From Callorhinchus milii (lineage: Eukaryota), in contig NW_024704743.1 of the NCBI RefSeq assembly GCF_018977255.1, forward strand, positions 72,914,001 to 72,978,000: a DNA stretch of 64,000 bases. The letters are read 5' to 3'. The notes beneath the pieces were generated by a model. The model made no database searches, was not told the origin of the DNA, and saw nothing but the letters and a program-made list of their open reading frames with translations. Shown here piece after piece: positions 13,760-27,904 of this stretch (position 1 is the first letter of the stretch; each line of letters begins with the position of its first letter). Both the position numbers and the translations under genes were made by a program.

Positions 13760-14395
13760 ATTTAGATAGTGCCCTTCAGATAGAATAATGTCTCAGAGTG
13801 TTTTACAATGGTAGACTGCCCACCAAGCACGGGGAGAGGGAGGAAAGAGATGACCATAAATATGGTTGAATAGATACGTTTTGAGGTGGGACTTGAAGCC
13901 AGATTGGGGGGGGAGGGGAGGACAGAGATGGATGGGGTTGAGGGAAGGAGTTCCAGAGGTTAGCATGGAGAATTAGAAAGGTTGGCCACTGAGGCAATGG
14001 CGAACCAGTGGAGTGCAGCAGAGCGAGGCTGGGCATGATGGGTTCACCAAGGCTGATGTGGGAGAGGACACAGGCTAGTGTTCTGGATGGTCTGCAGCTT
14101 GTGTAGGGAGGAATATCAACAACAACAACAACAAAATTACATTTATAGAGCGCCCTTCACTTTGGGAGGATGTCCCAAGGTGCTGGATAGTCAGGGGTCA
14201 GGACCCGAGCATGGGGGAGGGATGGGGGAGGGTTGAGGGAAGGCAGAGAGGCGGAAGGGCGACTGAAAGCACGATTGAAGTGGAGGGTCTTGAGACTGGC
14301 CTTGAAGGAGGCAATGGGGGAAGCGAGGCGAAGGAACTGTGGGATGGAGTTCCAGAGTGCGGGGGCAAAGAGGCTGAAAGCTCAGCCACCGATGA
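13760..14395 (-). mobile_element. Two adjacent L2 3' fragments (about 13760-14110 and 14117-14395)
   Basis: LWNSFP and SSFKASLKT-type remnants; (AAC)n tail at 14117-14134. Confidence 0.75.
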
Positions 14396-14914
14396 ATCTC
14401 ACATTAAGATAAACAAAAAATGCTAAAAAGATGTAAATTTCGAATGATGCCCATTTAGGTTAAAGAAAGCTGTTTCCATGGGGAAGAAGGAAGTCTGAAT
14501 CCTCCAGCATTTTTTGGAGTGAAAAGCATGAGAAGAATTTACAGATCCTACTTAATCCTGCATTTTTTATCTCTTTAGCAAAAATGTTGAGTCACACGTG
14601 ATTAATTTGTTGTGGGTAATTGAAATTTAGGAAAAGGATACGGTGCTGTCAAATTTTAAATAGAAAGTCTATATTCGTTATTCAGAACTATATGCATACT
14701 TGCTCTGTATCACAATGCCATATACATGTACAATAGATCACAATACAGATTTACATCTTTATTATTCATTGCATTTAAAAGTTGACTTCCTACTTGAATA
14801 CACCCAATATTTTATTGGGGATGGCAAACAAATGAGGGGTGCAGCAGTCCAATTTTTCTCTCCAATCTCTCTCTAGGCTGCACTTTCTCATCATGATAAT
14901 TCAATTATGAACCC

Positions 14915-15270
14915 AATAGAGGTGTTCAAAATGACTAAAGTGTTCAATAAGGTTAGCATAAATTGGCTGTTCCCACTTGTTGGGGAGCCATTAACCAGGG
15001 GACACAAATATAAGATAGCAACCAGGGGATTTTAGGAGAATTTAGAAGGAACTACTTCACACAGGGTAATGAGATTGTGGAACTCACTGCCCAAAGCAGT
15101 GGTTGAATTAGATAGTATAGATGTATTTAAGAGGAAGCTACATATATCCCTGATGGAGGTATGGGAGGGAGTTAAGGAATGGGTGGAGATTCTTGTGGAG
15201 TATCAACACTGGCACAGACTACTTGGGCTGACTGGCCTGTTTCGGTGCTGTACAATCTATGTCAATCTAT
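14915..15270 (+). mobile_element. CR1 LINE 3' fragment
   Basis: TRGHKYK and RVMRLWNSLP remnants followed by a CR1-type tail. Confidence 0.75.
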
Positions 15271-18200
15271 GTAAAATTATAAAATAATCCACTGGCCCAC
15301 AAATTGCTCCAGAGCAGTTGCTGTCTCTCTCTTACCCCATTGACATGCTTTTTCATATTGATGAGTTTCTGAGGCCAGTGCTCTGCATCCATTCTTCCCA
15401 TTTTGGAATAGTGGAATCTTAAACATCTTAAAAGACATTCTTAAGATTGCTTTACTGGAGAATAATTATGTTCAGCAAATCATGGAATCTAAGTTAACTG
15501 ACAAGGGAAATACCCTGGAGGGCAATGTCACAGTAGGTCCAGGTCCAGGCTGGCGGGTCCCTGTTCATTTATTGTCACAGTGAAGGTGTGGCCCTGGCTT
15601 GAATTTTATAATACATCTTGCCTTGCCGAGAATATCAAGTGATAATTTAATATCCGGGAGGCCTAGGTGTGCATTTCTAAATCAATAAATCATGGAATAG
15701 TTTCACTTCAGCTGAAGCCCAAAATGAGCTTTTGAATGTAACGTAAATGGCAATGTCATGCCAGTTATGTGAGGTCATCATTACTATGTTGACATTATTA
15801 TACCCAACATTATTTGCATAGAAAGAAAGTTTCCTTTGGCAATGGTTAGCCACTCACCATCAGAAAACATTCCGTTTCACCTCAATTTTAAATTACTTTT
15901 GACAGAATTTTATCCTGATTGATAACTTCAGATCACTTAGCAAACTAAAAAAAAAGACCAACATTTACTCCCTTCATAGCCATGAATGATCTCCATAATC
16001 TCCATTGTCCAACCTATAGGTAATGTCAAGTTAGATATAGCAAAGAGCTATTTTCCAATGCACCCAACGAAGCACATTCTAAAAACGTGGCTACCATTTG
16101 ATCTGTATCCACATCTGGTTATTACTAAGTGACACATTTTGGGGCCTTTAGGCATTTCTGTGGAATCACCTTAGAATCCAAAACCAAGAGAAGAGCAAAT
16201 GGGGGTTGACTGAACAATAGCAAGAGAAGAATTAAAAGAACCTGTCCAGTTCAAGCCACAGTGCAACTAATTAATAGGTCTGATTTTCAAGCTCTGCAAA
16301 CTATGTGTAAAATGTGTGTGTACAGGAAGAACTACAAGTGCTCTTTATTATGTAATTAACAGCCAATGAAAGGAATTACAGGTGTTCCTTGTATCCATAA
16401 TAGTAAAAATATATCAACAGGAACAAGGAAATACCTGAATATTGTATCTGTGTTAAACAGTAAAGACAATAAATATTCCTGGTTGAGACTCAGCTGCATA
16501 ATTGAGCAATGAATGCTACATCACCATTGTGCAACTGTATTGTTTCCACGTAATACATAATCAAAGTATTATATTAAATATATAAGGGAGTGAGGAGGAT
16601 CTTTGGTAACTAATTAGATGATTCTCTCCAAGACTTACAGCTCTTTATTGACTAAAGATACTTGTCATCCCACTAAAAATGAAATTAGTTGCATACTGAA
16701 GCACACTGCACTTTTCTAAATTATTAGAGAAGTTGGAAAAATGAAGTGCATTACAAAGGTAGCAGAACCTTAGGGGAAAACAAAACTATCACATTCTCCC
16801 CAAAACAGGAAAGTCTGCAAGAAGGGTGAATAAACCTTAAAGAGTGTTAAGACTTGTGCTTACTGTGGAAGTGCTAACTGGCAGAATAAGAGCTAACAAA
16901 AAGAGCTGACAAGTCAAAATTTAAGTTGGGATGTGCTGAAAACAAGCTAGAGTAAACATTGCAACAATGTTATTTGTAACTGACAGTCGGGATCACAGAA
17001 GGGTATGTGTCACCACTGAAACTCACGATTCAGAGAAACGGTTGGGACAGGAGGCCTGAAAAACAAGTATGGTAGTCTGATAAGCAGAAGCCATCCAGGC
17101 ATGTAGCAACTCTGCGATGTATCCTCCCGTCCTCCCGACGTGAAAGGCGCTCAATAAATGGAATCTTGTTGTTGTATTGTACGAGTGAGTTATGTTCATG
17201 TGAACATCACAGGGACAATGCATGTGCCCCAAGTGGTCTGATCAATAGTTGATGATTGGACGACTACAAGCTTAAAAAGGCCGTGCCAAACCCAGATAGT
17301 GGGCGCCTCCAAGACAAGACCTACCATAGATGGAAGATTGAAAGCTAGAACATTGAAGCTGGCAACCACGGGGAAGACCTGTGTAACGATTGACAACTGC
17401 AAGGAAGATTCGTGGAACGGTAGTATTATTTTGTTAGTGGATCTATTGACTGTACTCACTTGTTCTCGCCCAAAGGGAACTTAAATTCTAATAATTCCTT
17501 GAGTTCTAATGAACACAACTCTGGTTGCAAATAGTAGTTGGTTTGATCTCTGGTTCTTTACAAGAGGGTGCTGACCTTGCTGGGTTTAATTCAATAGGAA
17601 TAGGCAATCATTCTGCTGAATTTCACATTGCAGTGATTTTCCAAAATATTTATTCTTGTTGACTGTCACAATGTTGGCCTTCAGGTTACAAAAACAACAA
17701 CAAAATTACATTTATATAGTTTTCACGTCAGAAGAACGGTACACTTCAGAATCTCAGCATCAGAATGACTTCTAACTTAGTAAAAATGCATAGGATTATC
17801 TCACAGAGACAGATGAGCACTCTGATGTACATAGCAACAAACTGCTCACATGGCTGAATGTTAGGACTAGAGTTTCAATATTGAGTCTGGGCCCCATGGC
17901 TTAAATTGCATGATATAACTTAATATATAGATTCTTCAATTACATTAACTCAGATTGGCAACATTTGGGCTTTTTATACACATTACAATAATAAATCGTA
18001 ATTGATGTAAAAACAACAGCTCTTACCAGGCAAGGCTGGTTGAGGCCTGGACCATGGACTCATTTCAAACACAGCTTGATGCTGTGATGTGTGTTCTGGA
18101 GGGTTGAGATGGTATGGGGCAAAGGAATCTCTTCATGCGCTCCAAACTTGCGATCTTGTGTGGAGTTCAATGAGTTCAAGTCATTTTAACTACCCAGCAG

Positions 18201-18469
18201 ATCCGAATACAGTGCTTGTATTCAATTGTCAGCTGTAATATGTTTTCAGAGTTGGTTTAAACTGGTCACATATCATGACACTCCAGCAATAGGATAACAC
18301 CGTAACATTCCTCCCATCATTGCAAGCAGCATTCTTTCTCATGACGTTAAGGAGGATTGAGACAAATAAATAATACACAAATTAATTGTTATCCATTTGA
18401 GTTAAAGGAATTTTCCACGCTAAGGTGATGATAATGCATTAATTGGTCTGTTCAATATCAAGTCATATT

Positions 18470-18640
18470 CAGTCAAACCTGCTCAAGCAACCATCTCCAT
18501 TCAGTAACCACCCCCTGTTAGCAACTGCCCTGGAGTGGTCCGGACAGGTCAGTTTGCAACAAACCAGAGGTCACCCTTATATAAAGGCCACTTCGGCCCA
18601 CTCCCCTGGGCGGTTATTGAGGACAGATTTGACTACTGTA
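18470..18640. mobile_element. Candidate Tc1/mariner-type MITE (about 170 bp)
   Basis: Left end CAGTCAAACCTGCTCAAGCAACC and right end GGTTATTGAGGACAGATTTGACTA form imperfect terminal inverted repeats with nearby TA dinucleotides. Confidence 0.55.
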
Positions 18641-19088
18641 TGCAAATTCAGCAAACCAACTTTCCACCCACAATAAATAATATATTGAATATACAGAAGT
18701 AAAATGATAGCTAGCTAAAACAAATTAATTGCTATCTGATGGAGTATTTTGCTTATTCTTTTTGTCATATCAAAAGTGCATGTAATAAAGAACAAAGTGT
18801 CTCTGTACAACAACAACAACAAAATGACATTTATAGAGCGCTTCTCATGTCGGGAGGATGTCACAAGGCGCTGGACAGTCAGGGGCCAGGACCCTAATTT
18901 GAACTCAGGATGTGTTAACAATTCACGTTGTTTGGGCCCACTCGTGATGTTGATGGCAAGTGATCTAAAACACATTCTGGCTTCACAGTCTTTTTAATAC
19001 GACTCTAAATGGGATATACAGGGTGACCAAAAAATCATACTATTATGATGGCTAATAAGTCTTGAAGAAATGATGATATTTTGGACTG

Positions 19089-19469
19089 TTTTAGATAATA
19101 ATACTATAATAATAATCCTTGCATTTGATGAAGCGCCTTATCACCTCTTCAAGAAGTCTCAAAGCGCTTCACAGATTTTACTGTAAAGTGAATTGACTGT
19201 ATATTTTGTGAGCGAAAAGCGGCAGCCAATTGTGCACAGCAGCGTCCCACAAACAGTCGTCGATTGAGTGACCAAATTATATACTTTTTAAGGAATTAAT
19301 ATCCCCGGAAAAGCGATCCGCCAATTGACTAATAACTGGGTTCCTACTTATTGCTAGGTAAATAGGTGTGTGAAGTAGGGAAACTTGCCCGATGTTTTGC
19401 CCTGCCTGGGAATTGAACCTAGGTCCTTTCACTTGCGAGGTGAGTGCTCTAACCACCAAGCTATAGGAC
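19089..19469 (-). mobile_element. tRNA-derived Deu-domain SINE, long subfamily
   Basis: Reverse complement of the same SINE with an extra internal segment of about 60 bp. Confidence 0.88.
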
Positions 19470-22400
19470 ATCACCTCACCATATAGGGTAGATATCTCCA
19501 TTTTTTGGCCACCCTGTTGAACGCAAACGAGAACAATGCTTTCAGGTATGCTGGAGCGTAAGGAAAGAGGATAGAGGTTCAGAATTGTGAAGGGCAATTT
19601 TGGGCAAGCATGTTTTGTACACAGAAAATAAATAAAAGCTGGGTTTGCAGGAAGAGTAGTAGAAACAAAGTCACTGAACATATTTAAGAAACAGCTTGAT
19701 GAAAATGAAATGGTTGATATTCTTGAAGAATTTAGATCATTTGAACTGCCCTTGTGATCTTGGAACCACTTCTTCAACTCTTACCAGATGGAGATGGCAT
19801 TGAAGCAGCTTATTATCTCTTTTCGGTGTATTCTGGTGGTATTGGTCATAATGGAATTAACCTGACATTGAAGCTTCTATTCCATTTCAATATGGTTGAA
19901 TGAGATACGTTTAAAATATGTGCAACAATGATTTTGGCTTCATCAAGTACTCTTGAGAATATCTGTGTAATCCAAAGCAATTTCATCAAAACAAAATAAA
20001 CTTTTAGTCAATGCATATCACAAGAGGATAAGAACAAATGTTTCAGTCAGTGCTATTCTAGATTTGGTATCACTCGACTTTCCAAATACATACTCCACTT
20101 TAAATTATTTTGACAGACACAGCTCCTTTCGGTTTCAGCAGATGGTAGTAAATTAGTTTTCGTTTCACTCTGATAGAAAATGCTATCCAATTAAATTGCA
20201 AATGACAGGCAGACTCCTATCAGTCAGTCAATGTACATAATGTAGTCCTTTAACCAGACTCATTGAGGCTCAAGTCAGGTCAGTGCATTTTGGGAGAGGA
20301 ACAAGCAGGAACTGAAATTCACTGATCTGCTGCTGTAATAAAGTCCAATGTCTTACCAGGCCTTTGTATTAAAAGTAGATTGAGAAAGTACAAAGAAAAT
20401 TTACTATATAAATGATAAAAAGAAATGTCCAAAAATGTCCTTATAATGCAGATTTATGGTTCTGGAACAAATTTAATTTTTACACTTGTATTTCATCACT
20501 TGATGGGTGCTATGAGATAAAGAGCTCTATTAGAATCTATAGATATGAAAAGCTGCTAAGTCTTTCTGAGGAAATCACTATGGAGCATTGCATTTGTATT
20601 TTAAGAAAATAATTGTTTCAGATTAAAACACACAATTATATGGATGCAAGTTGAAAATGTGGTGGTGGTCTGATTTATGTGAGGTTTTGGAAATAAAAAA
20701 TGATTTATAATGTATTTGTACTCACTATTTCAATGCTTCAGGTCAGGCCATGTTTATGAATCTAGGAAGTATCCGTTGAAATGTCTTGAGGATAAATCAT
20801 TGCCACAAGCTACTCACCACAAGATTTATCTCAATTTACATGCCTCAATCACTGTTTCTGCTTTGGTATATACAGGAATTAGTTCCAGTGACAAAGAGCA
20901 TGGCAGTTGCATTCATGGGAGTGACACATTCAAGTCTCAGTCTTCAGATAAATAAATGATTAGGATTCAGTGCTGAGCACATGGGTTAATAAAGAAATTA
21001 GCTTCAGATTTGATTTTGAAATTTAGGCTCTCAGAATTCTGAAATGAGTTAGAATTTAAGGCATATGGCAGAAAAGACAATGTGCTGTTCATAGTTGAGG
21101 ATGAATCTTGTTATACAGTATTAATTCACTACATTTCTATTAATCCAGTTGCTAGTCAATTGATAGATCGCTTTCTGAGGTAATATGCCCTTCAAAAAAT
21201 ATATAACAATAATAATAATTTGGTCACTCAATCCACCACTCTTTGTGGGACACTGCTGTGTGCTACTGGTTGCCACGTTTGGCCCACAAACTCACAGTGT
21301 ATGCCTCGAGACGTCTCGACGACATGATAAGATGCTATATCAAATACAAGGATTATTATTATTATTTATAGCATCATAGAAGACCATTCATGGCATTATG
21401 CCTGCACCACCTCTAAAAAAGCTGTCCATTTAGTCTCATTCTCTTGCTCTTTCCCATACCCTTTTCTATTTTTATTTCATTTCTATTTTATTTCAAGTCT
21501 CAGCTAAATCATTGAATGTACATTTCCACAGGAAGAGAGAGTAAAGCAAAAGATGTGGCACCCTGGACTACTCTTTCCCAATTCGTGGCTACATGACTAT
21601 AGAAGACTAATGCCAGGGGTGTGGTAATAACCATCCCGTCTACCAATTCAGCTGGACGTTAAAAATCCCATGGAACTATTCAAAAGGAGAAGAGAGTTTC
21701 TCCAGGTATCCAAGCCAATAATCCTACCTATAAAATTGGTCATTCAATTCATGGCTTTTTGTGGGACATTCCTGTTCACAAATAGGCTGCCGCGTTCACC
21801 TACAAATCCATAGTCATTACATGTTACAGAAATATTTACTTTGAGATGTTCTCAACATTATAGCACTACATCAAATGCAAGTAGTATTATATTATTAGTG
21901 TTAATAATCTGCCTGCCATCTCCACTGCAGAATGATTCTTATTACAAATACCTCAATGTTCACATGAAATAAAAACATTTTTTCAGCTATTCTTATTAAA
22001 ATGAGAATAATAAGGAAGAAAATATGTTGGTATACAATCAAAACAGCTATTCTGCTTCTGCATGCCAGAAAGGTATGGAAAGAACAAAACTGCCACATAT
22101 ATCATTATACATCAAAGCAGCTTGAATAATGCATTATTCGATTATCTGTGTCGTGCAATTGTCTTCTTAATTACTAGTTAGATTGAAACATTTAGAAGCT
22201 TATCACAATGCTTATTGTGCAAAATTATATGTGCTTGGGTGGCATTAAAATCACTTAACCCTCTTACCCCAGTATCATCTATCATGTGATAGTGCACCCC
22301 ACATATCTGAGTTGCCAAGCTCGCACACTCACACGCATAGACATGCACACTAACCTGCTTTATAAGTGGATACCTGATAACTAGCCTCCCATGTATATAC

Positions 22401-24790
22401 ACAAACATAAATATCCAAACACACACACACACACCTAAACATATAGAGTGCACACAAATACATGCAAACATACACTAACACAAAATAAACAAAGCATGCA
22501 ATCATGCTGAACAGCTCCTCTCACAGAATAATGAATAATACAAGTGGGTCTGGTGTAAATTCCTAATCTTGCCTATGTTCACTTTGTGCCAATTCAGCAC
22601 TATTTTATATTTAGTTACATAACTGATTTAAAAGTATTACATTGGTTGCACAGCAAACTGAAAAGAGCTATTTTCAAACTGGCCGACTTAGGATTTTGCA
22701 AGTATGTTGAGGTCTTTTCAGTGGTGCTCCAGAATAAACAAGTTAGTTTGCACTAGTTTAAACCGAACCTCGAGAGAAGAACCTTTACTGCACCAGATGA
22801 CATTTCCATTTTCCACACCTCACTCTGGGGTTGTCAGAACTCATTTCATTTCTGACCTTTTGAAACCACCGGAGAATGCTGATCTTTTCAGTCATCTCAC
22901 ACGACGATGGATTTTAATCCATTTCATGAGGCTCAAGGCATCTTCAATTAATGAAAATACGTGGGCAGCAGCACTGCACAATATACCTACACTTGATCAG
23001 TTATACACTTGAGCCTATAAAGCTGACATGTAGCCCTTGAGTTATACATCATTTAGAATGTTTTGTAAAAGTCTGGAGTGCATAAAAGGGTACTTAAGAG
23101 TACAATTCATTTATAATAACCTTGAGACTCAACAAATCTATTTAAAACCACTCCAGTAGGAGTTCAAATTAGGAAGTTGGAGGGAGGGAGGGAGGGAGAG
23201 TCCATGATGCAGTAATTACATGGAAGAAGTAGGAATGATTGAGCTATGCGACTTATTCTCTTTTCATGATTGCTTATGTTTTTACTGAAACTACTAAGGA
23301 ATTGTTTTCTGCTACTAGTCAGTAAATTTCATTTCGTTTTTGGTCACCGGGGTGTCTGACACATGCGGAAACCCATCACCATGCTTAAGAGTATCCAAAC
23401 CCGCCTGAGAGTTCCATGCAATACTACCTACATATGGAAATTTCTGTCAGTAAATTTCATGGGAATTCAAGGAGAAGATTAAGAGTCAAAAAATTCAATG
23501 GCATCAAAGTTCCATAAGATAAAATAGGCATCCTAGACAGGAGACCCTGGGGTGCAGCACAGATCACTGTATCACAGAGTTAGATGACACAGCTTTCCTA
23601 CGATAGTTCACACAATTTTGTGAGTCTCAGACTGTGGCACTATTGGAGATAAGGGAGGCAATAAATGGAGGTTTGGAATTCTTAGCATTCTCACTCACCT
23701 TCCAGCATCTGAGAGCCACATATATAGAGGTCTGAAATTCTCATCGTCTTTCAATTAAGGTTTGTGCAGAATTTTGAAAAAATTTTACATTGTCTTAATT
23801 TGGAAACGTTTTTCTGCAATTTTATTTTAATGAAGTTGAAATATGTCTCTGAGCTGAGTGTGTTAATGTGACATATATCCATCTGGTGAAAGGCCATTTT
23901 CTTTGTGAGTTGTTGAGAACTCCTTTTATGAATCGCCACAGTTTACACCTCAGTATCACTATATATTATGCATATCCTCAATTGGTTTGTTGGCATTATT
24001 GGTTGTTTCATTTTAGTGGCAGTATGTACTATGGGAAAGTCCTATTGACATAAGGAGGATTGTAAAACAACTCCGTACCCAGCAACCATTGGAAATAAGT
24101 GTTTCCATTTATCATAATATATTAATAATAAAGCAGGTGTCCATAAGTGCAACTGTGCACAAACATAATGGGTTGTGAAGTAATAGGAAAAACAAAAGAT
24201 GAAAATAAAAATCAATGCATCAAGATAATGCTTAAATAAACAAGGATGGCCACTGGACTGAAAATCCAGTCATTAAATATCCAGTGTAACCGTACAAATG
24301 ACAACTCTAGAATAGTTTAGAATTGTGGTACAGTCACAATGGGCTGAGTATCGTGAAGGGATTTAGGGAGAGAATTCCAGAGACAAAAGGCAAAATGGCT
24401 GAAACCGTACCCACTGATGAGACTGGTGACATAATGGGCTTAATGCCTTCTTCTGTACTGTAAATATCGATGAAGATTGGCAGGAGATGTGAAGCAGTAT
24501 TGAATTAGAGAGTGAAGAAACTGGGTAGAAGAGTAGGACTACAGGAAATCATAAAGGTAAGTAGGACAAGAGTGTGGAAGCATTTTTGAAAGTAAAAACC
24601 AGGATCTTAATGACAATCACTGAGGATTAGGAAGTCAGTGGACCCTGATGAGAAAAGTTGCAGAGAAAGCTGCGCTTTGTAACCCTTCTGCTGAAAAAAT
24701 CTTGACTGAAAATGGAGGTGAAAGGTTCTGGTGCACAAAGAGCCTGAGGACAGTATTAAGCAATTGAACCTAGTGAGAAAACCTAGTGAA

Positions 24791-24930
24791 GTTAACAGTA
24801 AGGATAATGGGGTGGGTAGGTTAGCATTAAGAATAATGGGGTGAATGAGTTAAAAGGTAAGAATGGGGTGTGTGGGTTAACAGTAAGAACAATGGGGTGA
24901 GTGGATTAGTGTTAAGAATAATGGGATGGA
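24791..24930. repeat. Degenerate tandem repeat of about 29 bp x5 (GTTAACAGTAAGAATAATGGGGTGnnTGG)
   Basis: Recurring taagaataatggggtg motif. Confidence 0.7.
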
Positions 24931-25719
24931 TGGGATGGAGGAGTGAATGATGAGATTGCAAAAGTGAAGGATTTCTCAATTAAAATGGGCTAAGATTAAA
25001 AGGAATATTGAAAAATCAGCCCTGAAATTCCTAAAATTTAAGAGCACACAGAATTGTGGAAATCTTAAATTCAGGCTTGATTTGGAAACTGATTTCCTGC
25101 AGTTTTTAAATAGAAATGGCTCCCAAATGAGGACGGAATTTATTAATTTTCCATTATTCTGTGCAATCTTAAATTTGAAGACAAAAATGGTCTTACGGGA
25201 TAATAATAAGTGGAATTTCAGACATCGGATGTAAAATCAGAAATAAATACCAGTGAATTCAAAATGACACAAACTTTGAGAAATACTTAGGAATGAAATG
25301 TAGATTTAATCCCAAACAGCCCTCATCAAAGTTGATCGGTGTTGATCTGATTTGCGATATGAAGCACTTTTGAAAATGAAGCACAGCAGACACTGAACAA
25401 AATTCAAAACATTCTACTTAATCCATTTTAATATTTTGCCTGTGTCTTCATGTGCGGTGCTCATAATTCACCATTTCACATTTTTCCCACCATTTCTTAA
25501 ACCAAGTGTTACAACAACAACTTGCATTTATAACAACCTACGTAAAGGATAGCATCTCGGAATGCTTCATTATGGTGCGGTTGTGCACTCAGCAGAGCTT
25601 TCTTCAGCGATGTTTGGAAGGATAAAGTCTATTATCGTCTGCTGGCTGTATGTCAGGGATAGGGGGGCACAGCACTAAAGGATAACACGCTCACTGTCAT
25701 ATTTTACTGAAATTGTATC

Positions 25720-26029
25720 GAGTCCTGTAGCTCAGTGGTTAGAGCACTCGCTTTGCAAGTGAGAGACCTGAGTTCAATTCCAGGCAGAGCGAAACCTTGG
25801 GCAAGTTTCCTTACTCCACACACCTAATAATAATCCCTCCAAAACAAAACAATAATAAAATTGGTCATTTTCAATTTACGACTGTTTGTGGGACACTGCT
25901 GTGTGCAATTGGCTGCCGCGTTCGCCCACAAATATACAGTCAATTCACTTTACAGTATATTCTGTGAAGCGCTTTGGGACGTCTAGAAGACGTGAAAAGC
26001 ACTATATCAAATGCAAGGATTATTATTAT
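25720..26029 (+). mobile_element. tRNA-derived Deu-domain SINE, short subfamily, full length
   Basis: Head with Pol III A box (TAGCTCAGTGG) and B box (GTTCAATTCC); Deu-like core TTTGTGGGACACTGCTGTGTGCAATTGGCTGCCGCG; L2-like tail ending (TTA)n. Confidence 0.9.
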
Positions 26030-27904
26030 CATGATCGCAGAAAGACACCTGCAGTCCAGCTTTGGGAAACATTCATACCCCAAACATTGATTGTACTTCT
26101 CTGAAACCGTGGCAACAATGCTGAGTCAGATACTGAAATATAAAGGAAGCAAAAGAAAAGGCATGACTGCAACCGCCACCACATTGTCCGCCTCCTCCGT
26201 ACCTCGGAACCAAAACTCTGTCCACGCCTTCGTCACTTCATGGCTGGACTATTCCAATGCTCTCCTTGTTGGTCTCCCCAGATCCACCATACGAAAATTT
26301 CAACTAATTCAGAACTCCATTCCTTTTTCTATGATGTGTTGACTGTCTGGTATTGTGCAGTTTGGATGAACCTTTGTCCCAATAATGCAACCATTTTTCT
26401 TTAAAAGAAACATTAAATCAGGTGATTATTATCCACCAAGGTAATTGTGGCTATTTTATTATATTGAAGCTAAGTTCAACATCATGAAAATAATTATTTA
26501 AGTTGAACCTTTTTGAAATACTAACTTTATTGTGCATTGTTTTGGATAGTACTGCACTGCTCTTTGGTGTCTGAGCTAAATCAGAATCTATAGTCCTGTT
26601 CTGGTCAACACCCCCATGTTGTATGGGTCATTCACTTCATGGTCATTTGTGGGACATTCCTTCACGCAAATTGGCGGCTGCATTTGCCAAAAAAACAAAA
26701 TAGTCACAATATTTCATAATAAATCCTGTGAAGCACTTTGAGATGTCTTGCTGACATGATAAGGTGCTATATCAAATGCAAGCATTGTTATAGCAACAGT
26801 CTACTTCTAAGGCATGAAATGCTTCTCTGTATAGATTAATTTGGGTTGCTGAAGGTATTAATGGCTTTAGAAATGAATAATTTCCCTATAGAATTCAAAA
26901 CCTGACTAAGAATGGGGATTTTCATTCTGCTATTATAAGAGGTCAAGCAAGCAATTGAAAGAAATAGACCTGGGAGTTTGGAAAATGTTTTGTTAAATGT
27001 GACATTCTTATAAATGACTCAAGGATAAATTCTAAGGAATGCAATTGCAAAACAATCAACAAGTAGGTTAAGATTAAATGAATAAAAAGAAAAGTAACAA
27101 TTTTAAATGTTTCAAGCAATGAGAGAAGTGGAATGCTTGGAACATGTACAAAAGTAAGTTACCTAAACACAATGTCAGAGATAAAAAAAATTGCCTGGAA
27201 GATTGTAACATAAGTGTATTAAACAAACAAGAACGAATCTGGGAAAATACTACCAGATTCTTCAACTAATATTTGTAGCAGGCAAAATATTCTAAAGCAA
27301 GTAAGAGTTGTTGGAGAGTATAGTAAATTTAAAATTACATTTCCTCCTCAATATTCACAAGAGAAAGCTGCAGTAGTATTCCAAATTCTGGAACCAATCC
27401 GTCAAGGGACACATCAGAGAATACAATTAAAATTAGTTAGAAAATAGATGTTTTTTAAAAATAAAATAATTAGATTCATAACGTGCCTATACCAGATGGT
27501 AATGCAATCAAGGATAGTCAGAGAAATGAAACCATAAATGGTGATTCTGACTGAATCTTATATACTGGACTATATACTTGAGATACAATACTGTTATTAT
27601 GACAGGATTAGAAACCTAGATAAAGTGGCATTACATAGTACAATCATTTTAACGTTGGTAAAACTGGAAATAGTTTATAATAATAATCAAGCGAATGATT
27701 AATTATATCTGGGAGATTGTTGGTCGGGAAGCCTGGTGCGACTCCCTTCTTTTTTTTTGAATAATCGCAGGGGATCTTTAACATCTTTAGCACAGACACA
27801 CCTTTCAGGTACTTTGGTTTTAACATCTTATTCAAAGGCCCGCGCTTCAAACATTGTTGCTTTCTCTCAGCACTGCATCAGTGTGCCAGCCTAGACTCAT
27901 AGTC

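Noticed and set aside
25720..25792. tRNA-Ala(TGC)-like sequence (also at 30071, 37716, 61305 and in the minus-strand copies)
   Set aside because: These are SINE heads: the acceptor stem is poor, there is no oligo-T terminator, and each runs into the SINE body.
25886..26104. Recurrent short ORFs ([21 protein letters not shown]..., also 31974, 30148, 43376) suggesting a small gene family
   Set aside because: They are translations of the same SINE body.
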